DNA from: Candidatus Buchananbacteria bacterium CG10_big_fil_rev_8_21_14_0_10_33_19
GTDB lineage: Bacteria; Patescibacteriota; Patescibacteriia; 2-01-FULL-39-33
DNA: 64,000 nucleotides
Direction of reading: 5' to 3'
NCBI GenBank assembly: GCA_002773855.1
Contig: PEZY01000005.1
Span: 218,221-282,220, forward strand
Shown: piece after piece, positions 1 through 12,329 of the stretch
How the letters are laid out: each line of letters begins with the position of its first letter
Numbering within the stretch: the first letter of the stretch is position 1
Position numbers and translations under genes: made by a program
Notes under the pieces: model-generated
The model's database searches: none
What the model was told of the DNA's origin: nothing
The model's input: only the letters and a program-made list of their open reading frames with translations

Positions 1-1019
1 TTATTTTTGCTTAAAAATAACTCCAAGCCATTATTATTGGTAAAAAAATAATAATTAATACCATCAACAATTGGCGTAATAGGTGTACTATAAACACAAC
101 TACCATTATTAATATTAGCCGATGGATTATAATTTAAAGCTTGTTTGTCATTACAGCCAGACAATAAATATGTACAGCTGCCATTATCAATAGTAGCTGA
201 CGAATTATAGTTAGTAGCTGAAGCATCCATACAACCAGGAACTTGATTGGAATCATAAGAACAATTGCCACTATCAACTGTGGCCTGAGAATTATAATTT
301 ATCGCCTTTTCATCAGTACAGCCCAAAATTATACAGCTATCATCATCTATAGTAGCTGATGAATTATAGTTATTAGCTAATGTATTAGTGCAACCAGAAA
401 TAACACATGAACCATCATCAATAGTAGCGGTTGAATTATAATTATTAGCTAATGGATTAGTGCAACCATTAACATTATAAGTGCAACTACCGTCATCAGT
501 AGTAGCTAGTGAATTATAGTTGGTAGCCAGTGGATCAGTACAACCAATAACAGCATAATTACAAGATCCATCATCTTGATTTGCTAGTGAATTATAGTTG
601 GTAGCTAGTGAATCAGTGCAACCAGTTACCGGTAATACACAAGAACCATTATCGGTGGTAGCACTGGGATTATAATTAATAGCTAGTGGATCAGTGCAAC
701 CAATTACTGGTAATATACAAGAACCATCATCTACCGTAGCGCTAGAATTATAATTAATTGCTGTTTGATCAGTACAGCCAGACACAGCGTAAGAGCAACT
801 ACCATCATTAGTTGTAGCACTAGGATTATAATTATTAGCTGCTGGGTCAGTGCAACCAGGTATCACCACTGGCGATCCGCCGCCGCCACCACCAGTATTG
901 GTATTGGCGCTAGGAATATTAGCATTTACCGTAACACTGGTTGCTAAAACTGAAAAAGCAGAGAATACTAACAATATTAAAATTAAAATTATAAATATTC
1001 TTTTAGCAAAAAAATTCAT
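1..1019 (-). CDS. Secreted/surface protein with 10 tandem Cys-containing GCTDxxAxNYNxxATxDDGSC repeats; runs off the left edge (missed by ORF track)
   Basis: Manual translation from ATG at 1019 (ATGA overlap with the upstream gene stop): MNFFAKRIFIILILILLVFSAFSVLA signal-like segment, GGGGGG linker, then repeats; frame open to window edge. Confidence 0.85.
   Translation of the reverse strand, partial: MNFFAKRIFIILILILLVFSAFSVLATSVTVNANIPSANTNTGGGGGGSPVVIPGCTDPAANNYNPSATTNDGSCSYAVSGCTDQTAINYNSSATVDDGSCILPVIGCTDPLAINYNPSATTDNGSCVLPVTGCTDSLATNYNSLANQDDGSCNYAVIGCTDPLATNYNSLATTDDGSCTYNVNGCTNPLANNYNSTATIDDGSCVISGCTNTLANNYNSSATIDDDSCIILGCTDEKAINYNSQATVDSGNCSYDSNQVPGCMDASATNYNSSATIDNGSCTYLLSGCNDKQALNYNPSANINNGSCVYSTPITPIVDGINYYFFTNNNGLELFLSKN
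95..860 (-). repeat. Coding tandem repeat, 10 units of ~23-28 aa (GCxD/N..A.NYN..A..D/NDGSC)
   Basis: Recurring (g/a)attata...(t/c)caacc/cagcc motifs on the + strand, all in one minus-strand frame. Confidence 0.9.
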
Positions 1020-1948
1020 TTATTTTTATTTTTTATTTTAACTACAAAACCCACTATGAAAACCAAAGAAACAATGACTAATAAGATTAGTGGCCAAGGT
1101 ATTACCCAAAAATATATTGGTTTTGATTCAATACTTTGGTCATTACCATAGTCTACAATCGCCTTGGCGCTAAATCTGCCTACTGAAAAATCTGTTAATT
1201 GACTGACAATTTTGGATATAAAATTAAACTGATCACTGTCAGCATGCCAAGCTGTATTAAAAATTCTATTGGAATTTGGCAAAATAGCACGCTGTTCCTG
1301 ATTAATTGGTAGCACTTCAACAGTTTTACCTAAAAAATTTTTAATAATAACAGACCCCTGCGGTTTTAAATGAATATTTCCTATGTTTCTCAATCTAAGC
1401 AAAAAATCAATACTAGTATTAGTATATATATCTTTTGACTCTCTTAATTCAAAATTATTAATTTCTAAATTATTGTTTATTTCGCCATTTACTCCCAGCA
1501 ACATCAAAACTCCAACCCTACTAGCAATGAGAGTTTGATGACTTTTTTCTGTTTTTGGGGCAGTTGATGATTGCCACATAACTGCCAAATAATAACCACC
1601 AACATCAGCTGTAACTGGCACAGTAACAATAACTGGCACAGTAATCCCTTCACCTACTTTTAAAACCAAGGAATTAATTGGTAATTTAATCCAATTAACC
1701 GAACTATCTGTGATATCAAATGGTAAAATATCTGCCTGACCATTTTCACCATTAGGTACAAATTTTTCTATTACACCATCAATGAATAAATCATCCGTAG
1801 TCTCATTATATAGAGTGATTTCGCGTGTTATAGAATCACCTGGATCTAACTGTAAGTCAATAATGGCTGGCGACACAGTTATAGCATCAACTCTAAATGG
1901 ATTCAAAATTAATAATATAAATAAACTAAAAAAATAATAAATTTTCAT
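1016..1948 (-). CDS. DUF916/WxL-interacting-like surface protein with signal peptide and C-terminal TM anchor
   Basis: Signal peptide, ITVSPAIIDL start, GGYY, NIGNIHLKPQG motif, C-terminal FWVIPWP + hydrophobic helix + Lys tail. Confidence 0.6.
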   Translation of the reverse strand: MKIYYFFSLFILLILNPFRVDAITVSPAIIDLQLDPGDSITREITLYNETTDDLFIDGVIEKFVPNGENGQADILPFDITDSSVNWIKLPINSLVLKVGEGITVPVIVTVPVTADVGGYYLAVMWQSSTAPKTEKSHQTLIASRVGVLMLLGVNGEINNNLEINNFELRESKDIYTNTSIDFLLRLRNIGNIHLKPQGSVIIKNFLGKTVEVLPINQEQRAILPNSNRIFNTAWHADSDQFNFISKIVSQLTDFSVGRFSAKAIVDYGNDQSIESKPIYFWVIPWPLILLVIVSLVFIVGFVVKIKNKNK

Positions 1949-1953
1949 ATATT

Positions 1954-2664
1954 CTAAAAATTAGCCGTGGCTGTATAAACAATAGTGGTAGTATAAATAC
2001 CAGATGATTCTGTGCCATCTATGTTGGCTATAAAATTAATATCAAAAACTGTTTCATTAATTGGATTACTAGAATTTACTATTTCATCACCGCTACTAAA
2101 GGCGTACTGGCCAACTGAATTATAAGGCGATATCGTAGATGCTACCGGACTAGTACCACTACTATAAATAGCATTAAAACCGAACTGACTAGTGCCAGCA
2201 CTAGAGCCACTAGCACTAGCGCCAATGGCCGTAATAGTATTAACTGATGAGCAAGCCGAGCAAGTCAAAGTACTACCGCTATAAGTCACACTCACCCCAG
2301 CTGATTCATTAGTAAAAACATTGAGTGTGATAGCACCAGTGGCCGTGGCACTAGTGCTTAAATTACCAAATTCAACAGAAGATTGACTAGCACTCAAAAA
2401 TAAAATGGAATACTCACTATTTCTAAATCCAGCCCCAATATTATTATTGGTTGACGAGGAATGACTAGCTATAATACCACCAATGGTATCTGCCAAATCA
2501 TAATTACTTGAGGACTGATCTTCACCGCCACCGGATGATAAAGCATCCTGCCAAATGTGGTAATTACTTGAGGTCATAGCTGCATCCAAAATACCAGGAA
2601 ACAACAACAAAACTACCAAAAAACATGCTAATATATTTATAAATTTAATCATAATAAAAAACAA
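1954..2664 (-). CDS. Secreted Ser/Thr/Gly-rich beta protein (WxL/pilin-subunit-like)
   Basis: Signal peptide, SSNY repeats, C-terminal GIYTTTIVYTATANF strand. Confidence 0.55.
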   Translation of the reverse strand: MFFIMIKFINILACFLVVLLLFPGILDAAMTSSNYHIWQDALSSGGGEDQSSSNYDLADTIGGIIASHSSSTNNNIGAGFRNSEYSILFLSASQSSVEFGNLSTSATATGAITLNVFTNESAGVSVTYSGSTLTCSACSSVNTITAIGASASGSSAGTSQFGFNAIYSSGTSPVASTISPYNSVGQYAFSSGDEIVNSSNPINETVFDINFIANIDGTESSGIYTTTIVYTATANF

Positions 2665-2723
2665 TATCCTTTTTACCTTTACATGATTATATTATAACAC
2701 AAAACAATGATTTATTAAAAACT

Positions 2724-2752
2724 AAAAAACTCCGTTTGAAACGGAGTTTTTT
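2724..2752. terminator. Intrinsic terminator after rpoC
   Basis: aaaaaactccg-tttgaaa-cggagtttttt inverted repeat with A/T tails. Confidence 0.85.
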
Positions 2753-2768
2753 ATAAAAATAATTTAAA

Positions 2769-5700
2769 TTATTTTTTTATAAATCCAGTACCAGCTGGGA
2801 TTAATCGACCAATAATAATATTTTCTTTTAAACCAGATAAATCATCAGTTTTTCCAGTAATTGCTGCATTAATCAACACTTTGGCAGTTTCTTGAAATGA
2901 AGCAGCAGCCAACCAGCTTCGAGTTGATAATGAAACTTTAGTAATACCCAAAAGTAAACGATCAAATTCTACTTCTTGCTTACCTTCTTTTTTAAGTCTT
3001 TGATTTTCATAAGCGACGTCAATATATTCCACAACTTCACCAGGAAGCAAATCACTGTCTCCAGCATCACGAACATAAACCTTGGAGAACATTTGACGCA
3101 CAATAACTTCAGCGTGTTTATCATTTAGTTTTTGACCCTGAGAAGAATAAATATGTTGAATTTCTCTCATGATATATCTTTGAGTAAACTCTTGGCCCTT
3201 TAAACGAAATACTTCGTGTAGATCTAAACTACCCTCTGTTAATTGATCGCCTGGCTCAACCACGTCACCGTCCTGAACCAAGAGTGACACATGTCCAGGA
3301 ATGATATACTCTTGAACTCCCAATTCTTTACCAGAAATAGTAATAGAATTTTTTTCAATTTTCACAGTACCATCAACTATACTAATTTCTTGATCTTCAC
3401 CATTAGTAAACAATACTTGACCCTTAACAATCTGAGCGCCATCAGCCACTTCAATTTTTAAATCAGTTTTAGTCTTAGGTAAAGAAATTTTCTTAATAAT
3501 TTCATTATCATAACTAAGCTGTAATACTCTTTCTCTAGAAGATGTTACTAAAACTTTGCCTTCAGAATTTTTAATTTCTCGTTGACCTTGAGTAATTCTC
3601 ACACTGCCACTAACATCAGCAATAATAGCCTTGGCCTTAGGTGATCTAGTTTCAAAAATTTCTTCTACTCGAGGCAAACCTTGAGTAATATCACCTTCAG
3701 ACGCTACACCACCGGTATGGAAAGTTCTCATAGTTAACTGAGTACCAGGCTCACCCACACTTTGGGCAGCAATAATACCAACAGCTGTACCTTGTTTAAC
3801 AAGCTTATTATAACTTAAATCATAACCATAACATTTCTGACAAATACCTTTAATAGTTTTACAAGATAATACTGCTCTAATTTTAACGCTTTGTAAATCA
3901 ACTTTTCTTAAATCTTCAGCTATTTCTTCGTCAATCAAATCACCTGCTTTTACTAAAACTTTATTATTTTTTGGATTGATAATATCTTCAGCTGGATAAC
4001 GACCAACTAATCTATCTACTAAATTTTCTCCCATAGTTTCACTCTCAGTTTGAGTTAACTCTAGGCCATCTTTATCATTACAATCTTCTTCAGAAACAAT
4101 TACGTCTTGAGCAACATCAACTAGTCTTCTAGTTAGGTAACCGGCGGATGAGGTTCTAAGAGCGGTGTCAGTTAAACCCTTACGAGCACCGTGAGTAGAA
4201 ATAAAGAATTCCAAAACATCAAAACCTTTTTTAAAGTTACTCTTAACTGGCAATTCAATAACTTCATAAGACGGATTAACCACTGGTCCTTTCATACCAA
4301 TCATTTGATTTAATTGTCCCCAAGTACCACGAGCGCCCGAATCAATCATCGCTCTAACAGAATTACCTTCTGGCAAAATATCTTGAACTTTACTTAAAAT
4401 ATTATTGTTAACTTTCAACCACAATTCAACAATTTTATCGTGTCTTTCATCCTCGGTTAAAAGACCCATTTGATATTGTTGTTCAATTTCATCTAATTTA
4501 ACATTACCTTCTTCAATAAATTTTTCTCGATCAGGAATATCTTTTAAATCATCCATACCAATTGACTGAGCAGAATGAGTCAAATATTTAAAACCGTGTT
4601 CTTTTAGCAAATCCAAAACTTTAACAGTTTCTTCTGGACCAAATTGATATAAAACCTGACCCAATAGTTTAGATAAATATTTTTTAGTAATTCTTTCATT
4701 AATAAACTCCATTTCCTGAGGCAAAATATCATTAAATAAAATTCTACCAATTGTAGCATCTTGAAGTTCCATTTTCTTAATCTTCAAACCCTTTTTAGGC
4801 ATCATGACTTTAATTTGATCATGTAAAGTAATTAAACCTTTTTCTTCAGCTAGTAAAGCCTCATTAAAAGAAGAGTACACTTTTGGCTTATCATTTTCTT
4901 TCATGGTAGTTAAATAATAACAACCTAAAACGATGTCCTGGTTAGGAGTGACAATTGGTCGACCATCTGATGGCTTTAATAAATTCTTAGAAGACAACAT
5001 TAATTCAGCTGCTTCTTTTCTAGCACCTTCAGTTAAAGGTACATGAACAGCCATTTGATCTCCGTCAAAATCAGCATTAAAAGCACTACAAACTAGTGGG
5101 TGAATCCTAATAGCCTTACCTTCGGTTAAAACTGGTTTAAAAGCCTGAATACCTAGTCTATGTAGGGTTGGGGCCCGATTTAATAAGACATAAGCACCCG
5201 TTACTACTTCTTCTAACAAATCCCAAATCTCTTCGTGACCAGCTTCGATGTAGCGATTAGCACTTCTAACATTATGAACAATACCTCGTTTAATTAATTT
5301 AGAAATAATAAATGGCTTAAACAATTCCAAAGCCATTATTTTTGGGATACCACATTGATCTAGTTTTAATTCTGGACCAACCACAATAACACTTCTTCCA
5401 GAGTAATCAATACGCTTACCAAGTAAGTTTTGTCTAAATCGTCCTTGCTTACCTTTAAGCATATCCGCAATAGATTTTAACATTCTCTTTTGACCAGTTG
5501 AGGCCACCACGGTTTTACCATGTCGAGCGTTATTATCAATCAAAGCATCAACAGCCTCCTGAAGCATTCTCTTTTCATTTCTGGTAATAATTTCTGGAGC
5601 GTTTAATTCTTGAAGTTGTTTTAAACGATTGTTTCGATTGATTACTCTGCGATATAAATCATTTAAATCAGAAGTCGCAAAACGACCACCATCTAAAGGC

Positions 5701-6650
5701 ACCATTGGTCTTAAATCTGGTGGAATAATTGGTACTGTTGATAATACCATCCACTCTGGTCTAATACTGTTTTTAACCAAATGATTAAAGAATTTAATTC
5801 TTCTGATTAATTTATCTCTTTTAGCTCCAGTGGCTTTTTCTAGGTCTTTATCTAAACCAGTAATCATTTTATTAATATCCATATTTGCCAATAAACTTCT
5901 AATGGCTTCAGCACCAATACCGGCTTCAAAAATATGTCCATATTTCAAAGATAAATCATGGAAAGTATGCTCGGAAATAATCTTGAGTGGTTTTAATTCT
6001 TTAAGTTCACTTTCAGCTACATTTAAAGTATCTTCCAGTTCAGTCATTTTTTCTTCCTTTTGAGTCAATAACTTGCCAATTTGACCCTCAGCTAAATCGC
6101 CACCCTTTTCAGTCAGTTGTTTAATTCTATTATCAAAATCACCTTCAATTTGTTTGCGATACTGTTTATATTCAGCTTTAAGTTGAGCCAAAGTTTCAGC
6201 TTTTAAGTCTTCATTAACAGTAATAATTATAAAGTCAGCAAAGTAGATAACCTTCTCTAAATTCTGGATAGACATATCCAAAGCCAAACCAATTCGAGAT
6301 GGCACACCTCTTAAAAACCAAATGTGAGAAACTGGCACACACAAATCAATATGGCCCATTCTTTCTCTTCTGACCACAGCGCGGGTAACTTCTACACCAC
6401 ACTTATCACAGACAATGCCTTTGTATCTAATTTTTTTGTATTTACCACAATAACATTCCCAGTCTTTAACTGGTCCAAAAATCTTTTCGCAAAACAAACC
6501 ATCCTTTTCGGGTTTTTGAGTTCTGTAGTTTATAGTTTCTGGTCTAGTCACCTCACCAAATGACCAATCATGAATATTATCAGGGGAAGCTAGTCTTAAC
6601 TTAATTGAAGTAAAATCTTCTGAAGTTTTTTGTTCCGGGGTGTTTATCAT
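2769..6650 (-). CDS. rpoC: RNA polymerase beta' subunit
   Basis: NADFDGD catalytic motif, N-terminal Zn finger CYCGK...[17 protein letters not shown]. Confidence 0.99.
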   Translation of the reverse strand: MINTPEQKTSEDFTSIKLRLASPDNIHDWSFGEVTRPETINYRTQKPEKDGLFCEKIFGPVKDWECYCGKYKKIRYKGIVCDKCGVEVTRAVVRRERMGHIDLCVPVSHIWFLRGVPSRIGLALDMSIQNLEKVIYFADFIIITVNEDLKAETLAQLKAEYKQYRKQIEGDFDNRIKQLTEKGGDLAEGQIGKLLTQKEEKMTELEDTLNVAESELKELKPLKIISEHTFHDLSLKYGHIFEAGIGAEAIRSLLANMDINKMITGLDKDLEKATGAKRDKLIRRIKFFNHLVKNSIRPEWMVLSTVPIIPPDLRPMVPLDGGRFATSDLNDLYRRVINRNNRLKQLQELNAPEIITRNEKRMLQEAVDALIDNNARHGKTVVASTGQKRMLKSIADMLKGKQGRFRQNLLGKRIDYSGRSVIVVGPELKLDQCGIPKIMALELFKPFIISKLIKRGIVHNVRSANRYIEAGHEEIWDLLEEVVTGAYVLLNRAPTLHRLGIQAFKPVLTEGKAIRIHPLVCSAFNADFDGDQMAVHVPLTEGARKEAAELMLSSKNLLKPSDGRPIVTPNQDIVLGCYYLTTMKENDKPKVYSSFNEALLAEEKGLITLHDQIKVMMPKKGLKIKKMELQDATIGRILFNDILPQEMEFINERITKKYLSKLLGQVLYQFGPEETVKVLDLLKEHGFKYLTHSAQSIGMDDLKDIPDREKFIEEGNVKLDEIEQQYQMGLLTEDERHDKIVELWLKVNNNILSKVQDILPEGNSVRAMIDSGARGTWGQLNQMIGMKGPVVNPSYEVIELPVKSNFKKGFDVLEFFISTHGARKGLTDTALRTSSAGYLTRRLVDVAQDVIVSEEDCNDKDGLELTQTESETMGENLVDRLVGRYPAEDIINPKNNKVLVKAGDLIDEEIAEDLRKVDLQSVKIRAVLSCKTIKGICQKCYGYDLSYNKLVKQGTAVGIIAAQSVGEPGTQLTMRTFHTGGVASEGDITQGLPRVEEIFETRSPKAKAIIADVSGSVRITQGQREIKNSEGKVLVTSSRERVLQLSYDNEIIKKISLPKTKTDLKIEVADGAQIVKGQVLFTNGEDQEISIVDGTVKIEKNSITISGKELGVQEYIIPGHVSLLVQDGDVVEPGDQLTEGSLDLHEVFRLKGQEFTQRYIMREIQHIYSSQGQKLNDKHAEVIVRQMFSKVYVRDAGDSDLLPGEVVEYIDVAYENQRLKKEGKQEVEFDRLLLGITKVSLSTRSWLAAASFQETAKVLINAAITGKTDDLSGLKENIIIGRLIPAGTGFIKK

Positions 6651-6693
6651 ATATGTATATTAAGTAAAATTACTTATTACTTTCTTAGGCGTT

Positions 6694-9600
6694 TTATTTA
6701 GATCCAGTTTCTTCAGTATTATCATCTTTTGTGTCAAGCGATTCGACTGTTTCGCTGCCGCCATTTAATTCCACATTAAGACCTAAGCCCTTAAGCTCAC
6801 GCACTAGAACATGGAAACTTTCTGGAATATTTAAATTAGTGATTGGCTCACCTTTAATAATAGATTCATAGGTTTTTGATCTGCCGACTACGTCATCCGA
6901 TTTAATAGTCAAAATTTCTTGTAAAGTATTGGCTGCACCATAACCTTCCAAAGCCCAAACTTCCATTTCACCAAATCTTTGTCCACCATGTTGAGCTTTA
7001 CCACCTAGCGGCTGTTGGGTAATCAAGGAGTATGGACCAATTGATCTTTGGTGAATTTTACTTTCAACCAAATGGTTAAGTTTTAACATATAAACATAAC
7101 CAACGGTTGTAGTTTTATCAAAAGCTTTACCGGTTCGACCATCATACAACTGAATACGACCATCAGAACTATAACCAGCCTTGCCTAATTCTTCTCTAAT
7201 TTTTTCTTCAGTAATACCATCAAATACATGAGTTGCTACCTTATAACCCAACTTATGAGCGGCTAAACCTAAATGAGTTTCCAAAACCTGACCAATATTC
7301 ATACGAGAAACTACACCTAGTGGCGATAAAATAATATCGACAGGTGTGCCATCCTCTAAGTGTGGTAAATCTTCAACTGGCACTACTTTGGAAATAACAC
7401 CCTTATTACCATGTCGTCCAGCCATCTTATCGCCCACCTGAACTTTTCTCAGTGAAGCTACAGTTACTTGAATCATTTTGATCATACCAGCAGAAAGCTT
7501 ATCACCATTTTCTCGAGAAAAGATTTTAACATCGATAACTTTACCAGAAGAACCATGTTCCATATATAAAGATGAATCTCTAACATCTCTAGCTTTTTCA
7601 CCAAAAATAGCTCTGAGCAATTTTTCTTCAGCGGATAATTCAGTTTCACCTTTTGGAGTAATCTTACCGCACAAAATATCACCTGATCTAACATTAGCAC
7701 CAATTCTGATAATACCTTCTTCATCTAAATCTTTTAATTTTTCTTCACTCACATTTGGAATATCAGAAGTCACGACTTCTGGACCAAGTTTTGTTTCACG
7801 AACTTCACAAGTATAGTCTTCAATATGAATAGATGAATATCGATCTTTTTGCACAATTCTTTCAGAAATAATAATCGCATCCTCATAGTTATAACCCTGC
7901 CATGGCATAAAAGCCACCAAGATATTTTGACCCAAAGCTAGTTCACCACCATCAGTAGCTGGACCATCAGCGATAGGTTCACCTTTTTTAATTTTTTGAT
8001 TAATAGAAACTATTGGTCTTTGATTAATACAAGTCGAAGCATTAGATCGCAAAAATTTATTCAAAATATAAGTATCAGTCTTACCTGATTTATTTTTAAT
8101 TTCAATACTATTACCACTTAAACCAACAACCTCACCAGCTTCTTTGGCTAAAATAATATGACCCGAATCTTGAGCCGCTCTAGCTTCAACACCAGTACCG
8201 ACAAGTGGTGCCTGTGGTTTAATACAAGACACTGCCTGACGTTGCATGTTTGTACCCATAAGTGCACGCACCGCGTCATCATGTTCCAAGAAAGGAATAA
8301 GTGAAGTAGCAATAGATACAATCTGATTAGAAGCTACATCCATATATTCAATATTACTAGAACTAGTAATAGTTGGTTTTAATTTTACTCTGGCTTCAAC
8401 TTTTTCTTTAATAAAATAACCTTGATCATCAAGCTTAGCGGTCGAAGTAGTTGTTGTTACTCGACTTTCTTCAAAAGCATCCAAATAAACAATTTCATCA
8501 GTCACTCTGGCCCGACCATCTTTTTCTTTGATGACTTTATAATATGGGGTCTCTAGAAAACCAAATTCATTAACTCGAGCATAACTAGACATATGACCGA
8601 CTAAACCAATATTAGGACCTTCTGGAGTAGCAATCGGACAAATTCTACCATAATGAGTAGGGTGAACGTCTCTGACTTCAAAGCCAGCTCTTTCACGAGA
8701 CAAACCACCAGGACCCATAGCGTTTAACCTTCTCTTGTGTTCTAATTCAGCCAGTGGATTGACTTGGTCCATAAACTGAGATAGCTGAGATGACATAAAG
8801 AATTCTTTCACGGCACTATTAACCGGTCTAGCATTTATTAATTTACTAGGAGTTAAAGCAGTCATATCTAAAGTGCTCATTCTGTCTTTGATAATTCTTT
8901 CCATTCTGGCCAAACCAATTCTAAATTTATTTTGAATTAATTCACCGGCCGCTCTAATTCTTCTATTGCCCAAATGATCAATATCATCAGCATCATCCTG
9001 AGTAATATTTAATCTAATAATTTCTTTAAGAATATTAATGATATCGTCTTTAAGTAAAATTCTATTTTCTTTAGTAATTGGCAAATCTACATCAAATCTT
9101 TGATTTAATTTATATCTACCAACTCGACCAAAGTCATAACGAGAAAAATTAAAGAACATATTATCAATCAACTGTTTGGCATTATCTGGAGTGGCTAAAT
9201 CACCTGGTCTAATTCTTTTATAGACTTCAATTAAGCCTTCAGCTTCATTAGTTGAAGCATCTTTTTTAAGTGAGGCTTCAATATATTTAATATCTGGATC
9301 GTTATCAACATCTTTAAATAATTCTAAAATTGATTCGTCACTATTAAAACCAAAAGCTCGAAGCAAAGTCGTAGCCGACACTTTTCTTTTGCGATCAATT
9401 TTTACCCAGATTACACCATTGTTATCGGTTTCAAATTCCAACCAAGAACCTCGATTAGGAATAACCTTAGCACCATACAATTTACCATCATTGCCAGCTT
9501 GATTACTAAAGAAGACACCAGCTGATCTAATCAGCTGAGAGACAATTACTCTTTCAATACCATTAATGATAAAAGTACCTCTGTCTGTCATCAATGGAAA

Positions 9601-9939
9601 ATCCCCAAGATAAACTTCCTGATCAACAGATTGACCAGTTTTTTTGTTCAACAAAGTAACATTAACACGAAGAGGTGCTTCGTAAGTAATGTTTTTTTGT
9701 TTACTAGTAGTCTCATCAAATTTTGGATCATCTAAAGTATAATCACCAAAATAAACTTCTAAATCACGACCAATGAAGTCAGTAATCGGAGAAACTTCAT
9801 CAAAAAGTTCCTTTAAGCCTTCATCCCAAAACCAGGCAAATGAATTCTTTTGTAGTTCGATTAAATCTGGCAGTGGTAAAACCTGCTTGTCAGAAAAACT
9901 TGTTCTTTCCATTACTTGTGTGTTTTTTTGTTGAGACAT
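6694..9939 (-). CDS. rpoB: RNA polymerase beta subunit (probable start MSQQK at 9939)
   Basis: [27 protein letters not shown] motifs. Confidence 0.99.
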   Translation of the reverse strand: MSQQKNTQVMERTSFSDKQVLPLPDLIELQKNSFAWFWDEGLKELFDEVSPITDFIGRDLEVYFGDYTLDDPKFDETTSKQKNITYEAPLRVNVTLLNKKTGQSVDQEVYLGDFPLMTDRGTFIINGIERVIVSQLIRSAGVFFSNQAGNDGKLYGAKVIPNRGSWLEFETDNNGVIWVKIDRKRKVSATTLLRAFGFNSDESILELFKDVDNDPDIKYIEASLKKDASTNEAEGLIEVYKRIRPGDLATPDNAKQLIDNMFFNFSRYDFGRVGRYKLNQRFDVDLPITKENRILLKDDIINILKEIIRLNITQDDADDIDHLGNRRIRAAGELIQNKFRIGLARMERIIKDRMSTLDMTALTPSKLINARPVNSAVKEFFMSSQLSQFMDQVNPLAELEHKRRLNAMGPGGLSRERAGFEVRDVHPTHYGRICPIATPEGPNIGLVGHMSSYARVNEFGFLETPYYKVIKEKDGRARVTDEIVYLDAFEESRVTTTTSTAKLDDQGYFIKEKVEARVKLKPTITSSSNIEYMDVASNQIVSIATSLIPFLEHDDAVRALMGTNMQRQAVSCIKPQAPLVGTGVEARAAQDSGHIILAKEAGEVVGLSGNSIEIKNKSGKTDTYILNKFLRSNASTCINQRPIVSINQKIKKGEPIADGPATDGGELALGQNILVAFMPWQGYNYEDAIIISERIVQKDRYSSIHIEDYTCEVRETKLGPEVVTSDIPNVSEEKLKDLDEEGIIRIGANVRSGDILCGKITPKGETELSAEEKLLRAIFGEKARDVRDSSLYMEHGSSGKVIDVKIFSRENGDKLSAGMIKMIQVTVASLRKVQVGDKMAGRHGNKGVISKVVPVEDLPHLEDGTPVDIILSPLGVVSRMNIGQVLETHLGLAAHKLGYKVATHVFDGITEEKIREELGKAGYSSDGRIQLYDGRTGKAFDKTTTVGYVYMLKLNHLVESKIHQRSIGPYSLITQQPLGGKAQHGGQRFGEMEVWALEGYGAANTLQEILTIKSDDVVGRSKTYESIIKGEPITNLNIPESFHVLVRELKGLGLNVELNGGSETVESLDTKDDNTEETGSK

Positions 9940-10177
9940 AATATAATATTTGATTGTTATATTTTGGCTAGAATAGACGCAAAAAAGCTCATTTCTTGTT
10001 ATCCCCAATTACATTAGGTAAGAAATGAGTTATATTAATTAAGATTGTATTGGAATTGTACACCCACTATCTTTTGAAGGTTATTAACCCAATGATTGTC
10101 ATTGAAGTAGGGTTTTTTAAAATAAATCACTAAAAACAGTTATTGACATTTTAACAGAAAAAATGTATTAAAGTCAA
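9940..10177 (-). promoter_or_regulatory. rpoBC promoter and ~200-nt leader with terminator-like hairpin
   Basis: TTGACT-18-TAAAAT (10177-10148); ctcatttctt...aagaaatgag stem followed by U-tract about 40 nt before the ATG. Confidence 0.55.
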
Positions 10178-10387
10178 GTGTTATACAAATTTTTAAAAAG
10201 ATGTCAAATATTTTCTTATTTTTAGCTAAATTTAAATAATTTTTATCAAATATCAATAATCATAAAGTTGATATTGTTGACAAAATAAATCTTTATTCCC
10301 CTACTTATCCACAGATAAAAAATCAGATAACTTTTATTTATCATATTTATTAGGCAAAATCATGTTATTAAACTAATACCATAATAA

Positions 10388-11716
10388 CTAACCATTCAGT
10401 AATTCACGAGCTACTTGCCGCTCATCCCAAAATGTTTTTTGATTATTTGGCCCTACAATCGCCTGCTCACACCCCTTACCAGTTAGTAAAATTAGGTCTT
10501 TTTCGCTAGCCAAACTGATAGCTTTTTTAATAGCCTCTCGTCGATCTAATATCTTAAATAAATCTCTATTAATTTCTTTGCCGCCATCATTAGCACCACC
10601 CGCCACTTCATCAATTATTTCTTGTGGATCATCATCATACGGGTCTTCATTGGTTACCACTACATAATCAGCGTGCGAAGCGGCTAACCTGCCTAAAACT
10701 GGGCGTCGATCTCGATCCCGGCCACCACCACAAGAACCTAAAACATGAATAATTTTATGCTCATTATCTACCAAATTATGCTGCCTGACACAGTCATAAA
10801 GCTGTCTTAAACTTTCTGGTTCTGGAGCATAATCCACTAACACCTTAAAATTTTGACCTTCATTAATAAATTCCATTCGTCCCGGAATACTTTCAATCTT
10901 CTCCAGTGCCTTACGACAAGCAGAAATATCAATACCCTGAGACTGGCCAACAGTAATCGCCGCAAGTGCATTATAAACATTAAACAAACCTAGTAATTTT
11001 AAACTAACTTTAGAATCATACACTTCAAAAGTGATACCATTGTCATTAAAAGAAATATTATCAGCTTCTACCTTAGCTTTTAATTCACCGTCTCGGCTTT
11101 TACCCTTAACGCCATATCCATATCTGGCATCAGCCTCATACTTCATAAAATCTTTAATATATTCATCATCGGTATTAGCGACAATCACTTTATCAATTAT
11201 CTGACCATTAATTTTTTTGTGTCTATCGTGTTTTAGCTTGGCAAACAATTGCTCTTTGGCTTTTTTATAATTTTCAAAACTCCCATGAGATTCGATATGC
11301 TCTGGTGTTAAATTGGTAAATACCGAAATATCATAATTAATACCCAAGTGTCGATGTTGAGCAATACCCTCAGAAGAAGTTTCCACTATTGCATACTGAC
11401 AACCGGCTTTAACCATATCGTGTAACATTTTTTGTAATTCGTTTCTGCCCAGCATAGTCATTTTTTTATCATTCAACCACTCTTTACTGCCAATCTTAAA
11501 CCAAGCGGTGGAAGTGGCTCCTACTATATAGCCAGCCTCTTCTAAAATACGAGCAATCATCATTACAGTTGTCGATTTACCATTGGTGCCAGTCACGCCA
11601 ATGACAATCATTTTTTCTGATGGATTGCCATAAACAATCTTACTACCAACAGCTAATGATTTATGATATTGACCTAATAATTTTTTGGGAATTATTTTTT
11701 TAATTTTTTGTTTCAT
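10388..11716 (-). CDS. murE: UDP-MurNAc-tripeptide synthetase (MurE family)
   Basis: GVTGTNGKST P-loop, ETSSEG, FTNLTPEH, PGRME, VDYA. Confidence 0.9.
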   Translation of the reverse strand: MKQKIKKIIPKKLLGQYHKSLAVGSKIVYGNPSEKMIVIGVTGTNGKSTTVMMIARILEEAGYIVGATSTAWFKIGSKEWLNDKKMTMLGRNELQKMLHDMVKAGCQYAIVETSSEGIAQHRHLGINYDISVFTNLTPEHIESHGSFENYKKAKEQLFAKLKHDRHKKINGQIIDKVIVANTDDEYIKDFMKYEADARYGYGVKGKSRDGELKAKVEADNISFNDNGITFEVYDSKVSLKLLGLFNVYNALAAITVGQSQGIDISACRKALEKIESIPGRMEFINEGQNFKVLVDYAPEPESLRQLYDCVRQHNLVDNEHKIIHVLGSCGGGRDRDRRPVLGRLAASHADYVVVTNEDPYDDDPQEIIDEVAGGANDGGKEINRDLFKILDRREAIKKAISLASEKDLILLTGKGCEQAIVGPNNQKTFWDERQVARELLNG

Positions 11717-11717
11717 A

Positions 11718-12302
11718 TTATTTTTGGCCTAAAATTTTTAAGGCTTCTTTTATTTTGTCACCGGTTTCAGTGGCTTTAACGTGTGATAATACTTCCCTCA
11801 CTTGTGATGGCGAGTAACCCAAACCAATCAAAGCCTCTAGTGCCTCACCAAACTGATCACTCCAATCACCACCACCGCTACTTTCAATACCACCAATTTT
11901 ATTCTGTAAACCGGCCACAATTTTTTGAGCTGTCTTGGGGCCAATACCCGATACCTTACTTAAGATATCCGCATTGCCAGTGTTGGCCGCCTCTTTTAAA
12001 TCTTCAACTTTAGCTTTGTGTAAAATATTTATAGCACTCTTGGGCCCTACTCCAGAAATCGAAATTAAAATTTCAAAAAAACCCAATTCTTCATGAGTCG
12101 CAAAGCCATAAAGATCCAAAGCCGTTTCGGCCACTTGAGTATAAATAAATAATTCTATATCCTGACCAGTTTGTAAATTATTCACCAATCTATCCAAAGT
12201 ATAAACCTTATAACCCACTCCAGAAACATCAATAATTATAAAATTATCTTTTTTGGGAATAGCGCTTTTATATTTTATATTACCTCTGAGGTAAGCAATC
12301 AT
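11718..12302 (-). CDS. ruvA: Holliday junction branch migration protein RuvA
   Basis: MIAYLRG, GVGY, LYGF, two HhH GVGPK/GIGPK motifs, ALIGLGY. Confidence 0.97.
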   Translation of the reverse strand: MIAYLRGNIKYKSAIPKKDNFIIIDVSGVGYKVYTLDRLVNNLQTGQDIELFIYTQVAETALDLYGFATHEELGFFEILISISGVGPKSAINILHKAKVEDLKEAANTGNADILSKVSGIGPKTAQKIVAGLQNKIGGIESSGGGDWSDQFGEALEALIGLGYSPSQVREVLSHVKATETGDKIKEALKILGQK

Positions 12303-12329
12303 AATTATTATTGTAAATTTAAACCCTCT

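Noticed and set aside
95-860. Periodic ~70-85-bp repeats resembling a CRISPR array
   Set aside because: Units are degenerate at synonymous positions and stay in one reading frame, so this is a protein repeat; no cas genes are present
765-1041. Two short plus-strand ORFs, including a poly-Pro one
   Set aside because: Antisense to the repeat surface protein (poly-Pro mirrors its poly-Gly linker)
10305-10313. Perfect DnaA box TTATCCACA (another at 31271-79) as oriC
   Set aside because: Isolated single boxes with no cluster and no dnaA/dnaN nearby; at most regulatory
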